From Patescibacteria group bacterium (lineage in GTDB: Bacteria > Patescibacteriota > Minisyncoccia > Phycocordibacterales > SBAW01): DNA of 64,000 bases. A program made the position numbers and the translations under genes. Below the pieces are notes generated by a model. It made no database searches and was not told the DNA's origin. It saw only the letters and a program-made list of their open reading frames with translations. This document shows positions 1 through 8,354 of the stretch, piece after piece. The stretch lies in assembly GCA_016176685.1 (NCBI GenBank), contig JACOWS010000002.1, forward strand, positions 94,608 to 158,607, given 5' to 3'. The stretch's first letter is position 1. Each line of letters opens with the position of its first letter.

Positions 1-11
1 CCACAAAGGCA

Positions 12-461
12 CTATACCATGCGCTCTAGCCCTCTGCCTGCCACCCAGACCGCGAACACTGCCAGTAGAGCACCAACCGCAATATCCAGAGGGTAGTGTA
101 AACCGGCCGCCATGCGCGCGATGCCTATGCACAAGGTAAGCACCCACAGCAGGAGCCCCACGCGCCGGTTTGCCAAAAACGCCACGGATGCAAAAATACC
201 CGCCGCTAGTGTGTGGTCGGACGGAAAAGTATTACCCACCGCGTGCGGTACAAGCGGCTCAAACCCTTCTGTGGCAAAGGGCTGCGCGTGCGAGTAAAAG
301 AGGCCTGCCAAGCGGGCTAACGCGTAGCCAAGCGGGAGCGACACCGCCAGGAGCCAAAGTAGGCGCCGGCGGCCCTCTGCCTTCCACACCACTGCCAAAA
401 CCCCCACCAGTGCAACCAGCACTACTAGATATGTGGCGGCAAAAATAATGAGAGTGTCCAT
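12..461 (-). CDS. PAP2-family membrane phosphatase (undecaprenyl-PP / phosphatidate phosphatase-like)
   Basis: 149-aa ORF, multiple TM helices. PAP2 motifs PSDHT and GLHYPLD present. Annotated from these motifs. Confidence 0.65.
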   Translation of the reverse strand: MDTLIIFAATYLVVLVALVGVLAVVWKAEGRRRLLWLLAVSLPLGYALARLAGLFYSHAQPFATEGFEPLVPHAVGNTFPSDHTLAAGIFASVAFLANRRVGLLLWVLTLCIGIARMAAGLHYPLDIAVGALLAVFAVWVAGRGLERMV

Positions 462-474
462 ACACTTAATACTA

Positions 475-1212
475 CTACGAGCGCACGTCGGTATATCCTT
501 TAGTATATGGCCTGTCCAATATACTTACCCATATAAAATTAGCAGCGTAGCGGATACCCATACGCACAATACCCTCGTGTGCGAGTCGCCGACCCGAGGT
601 ATACATAGGGAGCTTCCAGGTCCAGCGCACCTCGCCCACCTGCCCCAAGCGCTTGGCGATGTCGGTATCTTCGCCATAAAACGCAATGCGAGTATCAAAA
701 CCGCCTATAGTATCAAGCGCCTCGCGGCGCACCACATAGTTGCCACCCTGAAGCATCGCTCCGAGGTGCAGTACATAGTGCGCGACAAAGTAAAACAGGT
801 AGCCGACTGCATAAAATAATTTTACCAGTGCGCGCTTGGGTAAAGATAGGTCCTTATATATATATGGTCCCGACAGCGCAACCAGATGAGGGTTGTTCTC
901 AAAAACGTCAAGTACCGTGTCGACCCAGCCCAAGGGCAGTTGGGTATCGGCATCTATATGTGCCTCAAGCTCGCCCACCGCCGCACTGTGGCCGGTGTGG
1001 CGTGCCTGTACAAGACCCTTTTTCGGTTCGTCCACCACTTTGACCCCGGGGAAGCTTAGTACTATTTCTTTGGTGCGGTCGGTTGATGCGTTGTTTATGA
1101 CAATAATTTCCGCGTCATAACTACCCCGCGCCAGCTCGCGCCCTACCGACTCAAGGCACCGGGCAATAAGCGCCTCTTCATTATACGCCGGGATAACAAA
1201 ACTAAGCTTCAT
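475..1212 (-). CDS. GT2 family glycosyltransferase
   Basis: ORF 475..1230. N-terminal FVIPAYNEE...ASTDRT GT-A signature. Start placed at MKLSF (1212). Confidence 0.8.
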   Translation of the reverse strand: MKLSFVIPAYNEEALIARCLESVGRELARGSYDAEIIVINNASTDRTKEIVLSFPGVKVVDEPKKGLVQARHTGHSAAVGELEAHIDADTQLPLGWVDTVLDVFENNPHLVALSGPYIYKDLSLPKRALVKLFYAVGYLFYFVAHYVLHLGAMLQGGNYVVRREALDTIGGFDTRIAFYGEDTDIAKRLGQVGEVRWTWKLPMYTSGRRLAHEGIVRMGIRYAANFIWVSILDRPYTKGYTDVRS

Positions 1213-1265
1213 TTCTAACAAGCCTATCACAATTCTTCAGCCACGATACCACAATAATACTGCTA

Positions 1266-1300
1266 AACCTTATTATCCACGACCGTTGTAACTAAGGTTA
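1266..1300. repeat. cassette-1 flanking element, copy A (AACCTTAttatccaCGACCGTTgtaacTAAGGTTA)
   Basis: 7-nt terminal inverted repeat AACCTTA/TAAGGTT. Ends 4 nt from the stop codon of the 1305..1886 gene. Confidence 0.7.
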
Positions 1301-1304
1301 ACGA

Positions 1305-1886
1305 CTAAAGACCGAACCACTGTCGCAACTTCTGATCGTTCTCTATCCCTTCTGCTATAAGATATATAACTCCACCACCAAGTCGTAAATCCACTCTCAA
1401 AAAAGCAACGAGCTCTTCGCAGTCAAATGGACATATCCATACACTATTTTGAATACGCCGGAATCCCGCCTTTTGTAAAGCGAGGCGTAATTTGTCACGC
1501 ATTAGCCGGCGACTTTCCCAAATATCAAACATGACTATCCTCCACTTTCCATCCCACGTTTTTGGAACGCGTATGCGAATATGCTCGGCCGCATGCAACT
1601 TTTCTGCATGCGCCATTCCCTTTTCAGTAAGAGTGGCCGACCAGCCCTGCACGCCTTTCTTCCATTGTACCAGGCCTTTTTGCTCGAGCCGGCGAACGGC
1701 CTGCCTTAGCCGCCGTGTCAGCGTTCCTCTCGTAGATTCTGGGAAAAGATGTTTGCGTAGAACCGCCTCAGGGGCAAGGGCGGCACGCGCGTTTCGGGCA
1801 GTTAAACGAAAAATAGCCAGCGTGATTTTTTGTTGGATTTTCTCCCGTCGCGCGCGCTGTGCTATTTTTTCTTCCAGTTTTTCCAT
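1305..1886 (-). CDS. PaaX-like regulator-type protein: N-terminal winged HTH + C-terminal Cas2-like fold domain (paralog 1 of 3)
   Basis: 193 aa. wHTH-like segment LTRRLRQAVRRLEQKGLV. C-terminal W-D-G-K-W-R-I-V-M-F-D-I...LQKAGFRRIQNSVW matches the Cas2/PaaX-middle-domain pattern (hhVhYD....R......L...G.R.Q.SVF). Paralogs at 39728..40318 and 53698..54280. Confidence 0.7.
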   Translation of the reverse strand: MEKLEEKIAQRARREKIQQKITLAIFRLTARNARAALAPEAVLRKHLFPESTRGTLTRRLRQAVRRLEQKGLVQWKKGVQGWSATLTEKGMAHAEKLHAAEHIRIRVPKTWDGKWRIVMFDIWESRRLMRDKLRLALQKAGFRRIQNSVWICPFDCEELVAFLRVDLRLGGGVIYLIAEGIENDQKLRQWFGL

Positions 1887-1887
1887 G

Positions 1888-1922
1888 AACCTTAGTATAC
1901 ACGACCGTTACACTTATGGTTA
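1888..1922. repeat. cassette-1 flanking element, copy B (AACCTTAgtatacaCGACCGTTacactTATGGTTA)
   Basis: 28/35 identical to copy A. Starts 2 nt from the ATG. In gene orientation it provides TGTATACT 7 nt upstream of the ATG, a leaderless-type -10. Confidence 0.7.
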
Positions 1923-2017
1923 GTTTAATAAAATATACAAACATGGCATATCTATAAAATAAAGTGAGCGCGCAGTGGTAAGCTACGCGCCCGAGAAAAA
2001 CCTGGAACAGGGCTCGA

Positions 2018-2644
2018 TTATCGCAGGGCCCACCAAGAAAACCCGGCGAGTATTGCGGCCACGCCGCCGACCGGCGCCAGAGTTCCCACATCCAGCACCC
2101 CGTGGTAGGGGAACCACGTGGCACCCGACAGTTTCATCGGCGCATGCACACCGATGACCACGTGCACCCACAGCCATGCGGCCGTGAGGTATACCCAGAA
2201 TGGATCCGGGTGTGGGGTAGCGAGATAGAAGAGGCCTATTATTGCAAAAGCCGCTCCCATATACACCACGTGCTCCCACCCGGCCGGGGTGAGGTGCCCT
2301 CCGTAGGTCTGCGCCTCGGGGAACTTTAAGCCGCCTTGGATGTAGGTCCAGTGCATCACCGCGCTGAAGACCAGCGCAATGATGCCGATGACCGCAATCT
2401 GCTTGAGGCCCCACCCCGCCCCATACTTGGCCACCAGAGTGGCCAGGAGGATGGGGAGAATAAAGTCTAGATAGGCTGCGGCCCAGTGGCCGAGTAAGGG
2501 GATACCCTTCTGGAACCCCGCCCCTTTGCTCTGCATCTGCGCGACCGTGAGCATGTTGTCACGGTCGGCAAAAATATAACTGGCGAGGACCAGGACGGCG
2601 AACCACCCGTAGACCTCCACCCAAATAACCCAACTTGTGGGCAT
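2018..2644 (-). CDS. hypothetical polytopic membrane protein
   Basis: 208-aa ORF with ~6 hydrophobic helices. No recognisable catalytic motif. Confidence 0.55.
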   Translation of the reverse strand: MPTSWVIWVEVYGWFAVLVLASYIFADRDNMLTVAQMQSKGAGFQKGIPLLGHWAAAYLDFILPILLATLVAKYGAGWGLKQIAVIGIIALVFSAVMHWTYIQGGLKFPEAQTYGGHLTPAGWEHVVYMGAAFAIIGLFYLATPHPDPFWVYLTAAWLWVHVVIGVHAPMKLSGATWFPYHGVLDVGTLAPVGGVAAILAGFSWWALR

Positions 2645-2754
2645 TGCTGTCTCCTCCTCTGAATTTTAAAGGTTTCACCTATGAATATTATATCACAAAT
2701 TATTTATATAAGTCAATGGTTAGAAAAGTTACAAAATAAGCGTAAAATAGCGGG

Positions 2755-3960
2755 ATGCGCATCTCTTTTTTTGCCGACAATTTTTACCCGGAACTCTCCG
2801 GGATCCCCGACTCTATCCTCATAACCGGCAAAGAGCTCGTGCAACGCGGTCATCAGGTGTGCTACGTGGCGCCGCACTATGGCGCGCGCGATTACGAAGT
2901 AGTCGCGCGCGCACTGCCCCAGAGGCCGGAGTACCTCGAGGGTATGCCGGTTTTCCGGCTTCCTTCGATACCGCTTCTGCGTTCGCCTACCGGACAATCG
3001 CGTATCGCGCTCCCTACCGGACGCTCCTTTTCTTTTTTGCACGCGTTCAAACCCGACATACTCCATACACACAGCCCTTACGGCGCAGGGCTCGAGGCCC
3101 TGCGTGCGGCGAAGATGTTACGCGTGCCGCTTGTAGGGACAAACCATACGCCGGTTGAAGAATTTTATCGTTTTGCACCAAACATCGCGCGGCGGCTGGA
3201 CGCATGGTATTACAACCATTGTGCCCTCATCACCACGCCCTATCAGGGACTCGTCTCCCGCATGCAAGAGAAGGGTTTTAAACGCCCAGGCCGGGCAATG
3301 CCCAACCCGTTGGAGTTGTCGCTTTTTTATCCTGCAAGAAACGAAGAAGAAAGGGAGCATTTGCGTGCAGAAATGGGGCTTTCTGGACCGGTTGTCATAT
3401 ACTCCGGCAGGCTCGCGAGTGAAAAGCGTGTTGATGTTTTGCTCCACGCGATCAAATTATTGGTCCCAAAGTTCCCTTCCCTCACGCTCCTTGTAACGGG
3501 GCTCGGGATTGAGGCCCATTCTCTGCATACGTTGGCGCAAGAGCTTGATATAGAGGGGCGCGTGCGCTTTACCGGGTTTGTACCGCAAGACGAGCTGGCG
3601 CGCTACTATCGCGCTGCGGACGTCTTTGCCATCATGTCTACAGCCGACAGCCAGTCACTCTCTCTTATGCAAGCATATGCAACCGGCATACCGGCCGTGT
3701 GCGCGGACAGCCGCGGACTCCATGACTACACGCCGAGCGACTGCGGATTTTTGGTAGAGCCGGGCAACCACCACACCTTGGCAGGAAAATTGAAACTTCT
3801 TTTAAACGACTCCGCCTTGCGCGAGCGCATGGGTAAGGCGGCGGCGACTTTCGTTAAAACATTCTCCCCCGAAAAAATCGTAACGGAGTGGGAGAAAATC
3901 TACCGCGACGCTATTGTCCGAAATCTTTCTTTAAAAACTGCGAGCGTACAGAGTGGGTAA
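2755..3960 (+). CDS. GT4 (group 1) glycosyltransferase
   Basis: 401 aa. GT-B C-terminal domain with an E..E-like motif region (YSGRLASEKRVDVLL...GIPAVCAD). Confidence 0.85.
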   Translation: MRISFFADNFYPELSGIPDSILITGKELVQRGHQVCYVAPHYGARDYEVVARALPQRPEYLEGMPVFRLPSIPLLRSPTGQSRIALPTGRSFSFLHAFKPDILHTHSPYGAGLEALRAAKMLRVPLVGTNHTPVEEFYRFAPNIARRLDAWYYNHCALITTPYQGLVSRMQEKGFKRPGRAMPNPLELSLFYPARNEEEREHLRAEMGLSGPVVIYSGRLASEKRVDVLLHAIKLLVPKFPSLTLLVTGLGIEAHSLHTLAQELDIEGRVRFTGFVPQDELARYYRAADVFAIMSTADSQSLSLMQAYATGIPAVCADSRGLHDYTPSDCGFLVEPGNHHTLAGKLKLLLNDSALRERMGKAAATFVKTFSPEKIVTEWEKIYRDAIVRNLSLKTASVQSG

Positions 3961-4510
3961 TAAGATAGTAGATGCCGAATACGACCGCGGTGGCGGCGAT
4001 CAATATTTCCACCCGCACAAGCGTGCTTTCGACGGTCGCAAAGTATCCGCCGAAAAAGTATCCAAGCCCTATCAAAACCGTGTATTGGAAGACGGCGAGG
4101 ATTGCGCTGTATCGCCAAAAAATCTTAAACGGCAAGTGTACCAATCCTGCGCTGATGAGAAGCGGGGTCGAGAGTCCGTACGCAAACTTGGTGATAGCCA
4201 TAGCTTTGAACGGATGTGAGTGCCAAAGACCCCGTACCATTTCGAAATGCTCGGGAGTTATGCGCAGTTTAGGGCCAACCCTTTCGATGAGCGATTTTTT
4301 CTTTCCCCACCGTCCGAAAAAATAATAACCAATGTCGGGAAGTACGTCGGCAAGCACCAGCGTCACAAAGAGCGGCAGTGGGTGGAAGTACCCGAGCGGC
4401 ACCAAGGACCCCGTGATGAAGCCGAGCATCGGGCCCTCGAGGCTCGCCAAGGGAAAGAGTATGAGGTAGCGGTATTGCTCGAGGAGCGCGATAATTGTGG
4501 CAAGTTCCAT
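3911..4510 (-). CDS. DedA/SNARE-associated family membrane protein
   Basis: 199 aa. LILFPLASLEGPMLGFITG motif typical of the DedA family. 4-5 TM helices. Confidence 0.75.
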   Translation of the reverse strand: MELATIIALLEQYRYLILFPLASLEGPMLGFITGSLVPLGYFHPLPLFVTLVLADVLPDIGYYFFGRWGKKKSLIERVGPKLRITPEHFEMVRGLWHSHPFKAMAITKFAYGLSTPLLISAGLVHLPFKIFWRYSAILAVFQYTVLIGLGYFFGGYFATVESTLVRVEILIAATAVVFGIYYLITHSVRSQFLKKDFGQ

Positions 4511-4569
4511 ATGCTCTAGTAGTATTAGTATATAACGGTATGCCCCCGCACAAGACCCTTGAGCAAGAA

Positions 4570-5235
4570 ATGACTATAGAGGTCTGGCACGTGCGCCTGT
4601 GGCGGCGCTATCAGGAAAGCTGGTTTGACAAGTCTTTTCGCTTCTCTGCGCCGTTCGCGCTTTTGTTTTTTACGTTGTCGATAGTTGCTAACTACTACGC
4701 GGGTATATACGCCACCAGCCGTGCGAGTAACTATGTGGAGGATATTGTGCTTTCTAACATTCCTGCTCTTGATGTAGATATTTTCTTTGTGTATGGAGCC
4801 GTACTGCTTGTCGCTGTTATTTTTTGGCTCTGCTTTGAAAACCCCAAGCGTATCCCTTTCTTACTTCACTCTCTCACGCTGTTCATATTTATACGTGCAG
4901 CATTTGTCTCCATGACCCACCTCGGCCCCTTTCCGACCGCAATACTCGTAGACGACGTACAGATTTTTTTCAGCAAATATTTTCTTTTCGGCGGAGATTT
5001 ATTTTTTTCTGGGCACACGGGGATCCCCTTTCTTATGGCTCTTATGTTCTGGCACCGCCCGATGCTGCGATACTTGTTTCTTGCGTGGTCGGTATTCTTC
5101 GGCGTTATTGTGCTACTGGGCCACCTGCACTACACAATAGATGTGGCTTCGGCGTTTTTTATCACCTACGGCATTTACCACTTGGCACTGTGGATATTCC
5201 CCCGCGAACGCGCGCTATTTTTGTCCGACCGATGA
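4570..5235 (+). CDS. PAP2_C / sphingomyelin-synthase-like membrane protein
   Basis: ORF 4495..5235. Contains GGDLFFSGHTG and HYTIDVASAFFITYGIYH, matching the SMS D3 (C-G-D-x3-S-G-H-T) and D4 (H-Y-T-x-D-V-x3-Y...Y-H) motifs. Start probably at MTIEVW (~4570). Confidence 0.65.
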   Translation: MTIEVWHVRLWRRYQESWFDKSFRFSAPFALLFFTLSIVANYYAGIYATSRASNYVEDIVLSNIPALDVDIFFVYGAVLLVAVIFWLCFENPKRIPFLLHSLTLFIFIRAAFVSMTHLGPFPTAILVDDVQIFFSKYFLFGGDLFFSGHTGIPFLMALMFWHRPMLRYLFLAWSVFFGVIVLLGHLHYTIDVASAFFITYGIYHLALWIFPRERALFLSDR

Positions 5236-5282
5236 GCAGTTTTCCACCTGCCGGGTATACTCTTTTCAACTTTTGCCGTGTA

Positions 5283-5546
5283 CTAACTGCCCCTCTTGTA
5301 TATATCGTCAAGTCGCACGATATCGTCTTCGCCAAGGTAGCTCCCTGTTTGTACCTCCACTAACTCTAGTTGGATTTTGCCGGGGTTGCCGAGGCGGTGT
5401 AGAGCCCCCATCGGTACATATATGGACTCGTTTTCGTGCAGCAGTCTTTTTTCTTCATTGACGGTTGCTTCTGCCACACCGCGCACCACCACCCAATGCT
5501 CGGAGCGGTGCAGGTGTTTTTGGAGTGAAAGTATCTCACCCGGCAA
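5283..5546 (-). CDS. manC: C-terminal cupin (type II phosphomannose isomerase) fragment of manC, frameshifted relative to upstream ORF
   Basis: [18 protein letters not shown]...[33 protein letters not shown] matches the ManC C-terminal cupin. The same frame continues upstream ([16 protein letters not shown]) to ~5585 with no ATG/GTG start, overlapping the 3' end of the upstream ORF. Confidence 0.6.
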   Translation of the reverse strand: MPGEILSLQKHLHRSEHWVVVRGVAEATVNEEKRLLHENESIYVPMGALHRLGNPGKIQLELVEVQTGSYLGEDDIVRLDDIYKRGS

Positions 5547-5560
5547 AACGACGATGCGCT

Positions 5561-6667
5561 TTACATGGAAACGGTCACCGATGTCACGCGGCTGTGTTCG
5601 CGCGCCTCTTTGTGGCCGGCATCGTGGAGGGCACCGACGAGTTTTTTTACATCTTCGGCGCGGTCCCGCGACGCCACCATGACCGCGTCTTGCGTCGTTA
5701 TGACCACAAGGTCTTTTACGCCCAGCAGTGCGGTTACCCGCTCGGCATGCACCAGGGAGTTCTCCGTATCAAGTAGCACCGCGGCGCCGCGCACCGCATT
5801 GCCGAGCGGGTCCTTATCGACACTTTGATACATCCCCTCCCAGCTGCCGATGTCCGACCAGCGAAAACGGCCTTCCACCACCGCGGCTTTGGAAGTTCGC
5901 TCCATAACCGCGTAATCAACGGACTTCTGCGGGGCGCGCGCAAACGCCGCCGGCTCAAGGCGCGTGAATCCAAGGTCAGATTTTGCGTGCGTTACGGCCT
6001 GTTCCACTTCTTTAAACATCTGCGGCTCATAGCGCGCGACTTCTTGTAAAAATACATCCGCTCTAAAGAGAAAATTCCCAGAATTCCATAAAAACCCGCT
6101 TTCCAGGTAGTATTGCGCGGTTTCTCTGTCCGGTTTTTCTACAAATGTAGAGACAACAAAAACATCGGGGACATCCAGAACCTCGCCTTGGCGTATGTAT
6201 CCGTAGCTGGTCTTGGGCTCTGTGGGGCGGATGCCGAACAGCACGATGCTGCCGTCCTCTGCCGCCCGTCTCCCCGTGATACACGCTTTATGAAATAATT
6301 CCGTATCGGGAATAAGCTGATCCGCGGCTAGCACCAACACAAGCGCTTTTGGGTTTTGCCGCGCCGCCAAGAATGTTCCGGCGAGTATCGCGGGTCCGGA
6401 ATCCCGTCGCACGGGTTCGAGAACTATGGTGGGAGAGACACCCTCCTCCTGCGCCTGCTGCCGTACAAAAAAACGAAAGGATTCGGATGTCAACACTATC
6501 GGTGTGGAAAAAAGATTTGGGTCGCTTACCCTACTCAACGTCTGCTGAAAAGTGGATTTTTCCCCAAACAGGGGTAAAAACTGCTTCGGCATCGTGTCGC
6601 GGGATACAGGCCAGAGCCTGGTGCCGCTGCCGCCGGTCAGTAGTATCGGTATGATGGGCGTTTCCAT
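5561..6667 (-). CDS. manC: mannose-1-phosphate guanylyltransferase (GDP-mannose pyrophosphorylase), nucleotidyltransferase part
   Basis: 368 aa. [13 protein letters not shown]...PKQF N-terminal NTP-transferase motif. C-terminal end ...EAREHSRV aligns to ManC ...EATEHRKV just before the cupin, then the frame breaks. Confidence 0.85.
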   Translation of the reverse strand: METPIIPILLTGGSGTRLWPVSRDTMPKQFLPLFGEKSTFQQTLSRVSDPNLFSTPIVLTSESFRFFVRQQAQEEGVSPTIVLEPVRRDSGPAILAGTFLAARQNPKALVLVLAADQLIPDTELFHKACITGRRAAEDGSIVLFGIRPTEPKTSYGYIRQGEVLDVPDVFVVSTFVEKPDRETAQYYLESGFLWNSGNFLFRADVFLQEVARYEPQMFKEVEQAVTHAKSDLGFTRLEPAAFARAPQKSVDYAVMERTSKAAVVEGRFRWSDIGSWEGMYQSVDKDPLGNAVRGAAVLLDTENSLVHAERVTALLGVKDLVVITTQDAVMVASRDRAEDVKKLVGALHDAGHKEAREHSRVTSVTVSM

Positions 6668-6817
6668 TGCACCTTTTTGCCTCTAAGGAGGCCTATATAA
6701 TACGCGCGCAGTGTAGCAGAGGTCTCAAGAAAAGTCATGCATGCGACTTTGTACTAAGGCGGGTTTTATACCCAACCAAAAAAATATTTTTGCAGTATTC
6801 TGTATTACAATAGGTGT

Positions 6818-7171
6818 ATGGGTGAAATCTCACATCATCTTAAGGAGGTGCGTCCGTGGGGCTACTTCGAGCGCTTTACGCTTAACGAACCTTGCACGGT
6901 AAAAATAATCACCCTCGACCCCGACCAGGAACTTTCCCTGCAGCAACATGAACACCGCGACGAAGAGTGGCGCATACTGCATGGATCCGGCACCGTAAGC
7001 ATAAACGGTGTTGATACGGCCGTAGGACCTGGGGGCGAATTTAAGGTGCTGCGCGGAGAGCGTCACCGCGTTGCAAGCGGCTCTGACGGACTAGTATTCC
7101 TTGAGATATCGTTCGGACAGTTTGATGAAAAGGACATTACCCGACTAGAGGATAAATACGGGAGGAAATGA
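6818..7171 (+). CDS. standalone cupin, ManC-C-terminal/PMI type II-like
   Basis: 117 aa. RPWGYFE...LSLQQHEHRDEEWRILHGSG...LEISFG cupin-2 signature. Confidence 0.75.
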   Translation: MGEISHHLKEVRPWGYFERFTLNEPCTVKIITLDPDQELSLQQHEHRDEEWRILHGSGTVSINGVDTAVGPGGEFKVLRGERHRVASGSDGLVFLEISFGQFDEKDITRLEDKYGRK

Positions 7172-8337
7172 ACACGGGACATGCAATACTAGCCGCGGCC
7201 ACAGCGCTTTCCACCGAGGCGGCTGGTGTTTTACTTGCGTTGTGTTTACTTGTTGTCGGGTTTATAGTTTTGCTCCTGTTTTGGTTTTTTGAGACTCGGC
7301 GGCCGCTTGTACTTACCCGCACGGCAGAAAACCCCGTCCTTGGGCCAAACCCTTCTAGTTGGTGGGAGTCTGCCGCTGTTTTTAACCCCGCCGCGGTCGT
7401 ACATGACGGCCGCGTGCACCTGTTTTACCGCGCATTGGGGCAAGATGGCATATCGCGCATCGGACACGCCAGTAGCCTCGACGGCATCCATTTTGACGAG
7501 CGCTCACCCGACCCGGTGTATGACTGGGGAATGTTCAATGCCACACAGGCCAGAAACCTCGGCAGGCAACCATACCGACCACTTTCCTACCGCACAGACC
7601 TCTATGCCTCCGGCGGCGGCTGGGGCGGGTGCGAAGACCCGCGCGCGGTCAAGATAGGCGGGAAAGTCTATATGACCTTCGGTATTTTTGGCGGGTGGCA
7701 GTCTCTGCGTTTGGCAGTCACTTCACTTGCGCTTGGAGACTTTTCAAAACGAGCGTGGGCGTGGGCACGGCATATTACCATATCTCCGCAGAACGAAACG
7801 CACAAAAACTGGGTACTCTTTCCGGAAAAAATCGGCGGCCAATTTGCCATTTTACACGCACTTACCCCGCAGGTACTGGTCGACTATGTCGACTCGCTTG
7901 AGAACCTTGCCGACAATCCTATACGAAGCAATAACAATCGGGTCGGTTTTTCAAACGGCTGGGACTCATTTGTGCGCGGTGCCGCGGCCCCGCCAATAAA
8001 AACTCCCTATGGGTGGCTGCTCTTTTACCACGGGATGGACCCCGCGCGCGAGCCCCATATCGGCTACAAGGTGGGGGCGCTTCTGCTAGACCTCAACGAC
8101 CCGACCAAAATTTTATACCGCTCACAGGAACCCGTACTGACACCGGCACAGTGGTACGAGCATGACTGGAAGCCGAATGTAGTATACGCCTCCGGGGCGG
8201 TGGTATGGGGTGAGGATGTGGTGGTGTACTACGGCGGCGGCGACAAATACATTGCCGCCGCGAAAGCAAACTTGCGCGACTTTGTACGCAAACTAATGCA
8301 ACACGAGCATGCAGTACTTACTCCGGTGAAAAAATAA
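7168..8337 (+). CDS. GH130 family glycoside phosphorylase (beta-mannoside phosphorylase-like) with N-terminal TM anchor
   Basis: 389 aa. NPVLGPNPSSWWESAAVFNPAAVVHDGRVHLFYRALG...SRIGHASSLDGIHF is the canonical GH130 N-terminal signature. Hydrophobic helix at residues ~20-42. Confidence 0.85.
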   Translation: MNTGHAILAAATALSTEAAGVLLALCLLVVGFIVLLLFWFFETRRPLVLTRTAENPVLGPNPSSWWESAAVFNPAAVVHDGRVHLFYRALGQDGISRIGHASSLDGIHFDERSPDPVYDWGMFNATQARNLGRQPYRPLSYRTDLYASGGGWGGCEDPRAVKIGGKVYMTFGIFGGWQSLRLAVTSLALGDFSKRAWAWARHITISPQNETHKNWVLFPEKIGGQFAILHALTPQVLVDYVDSLENLADNPIRSNNNRVGFSNGWDSFVRGAAAPPIKTPYGWLLFYHGMDPAREPHIGYKVGALLLDLNDPTKILYRSQEPVLTPAQWYEHDWKPNVVYASGAVVWGEDVVVYYGGGDKYIAAAKANLRDFVRKLMQHEHAVLTPVKK

Positions 8338-8354
8338 ACGTATACTTATTCCAT

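Noticed and set aside
1266-1922. Possibility that the repeat-gene-repeat units are a CRISPR array or Cas2 of a CRISPR locus
   Set aside because: There are only two repeats per locus, 600 bp apart, with a protein-coding gene between them. No cas1/cas9 is present, and the repeats differ between loci. The Cas2-like fold appears as part of a PaaX-like regulator architecture rather than an adaptation module.
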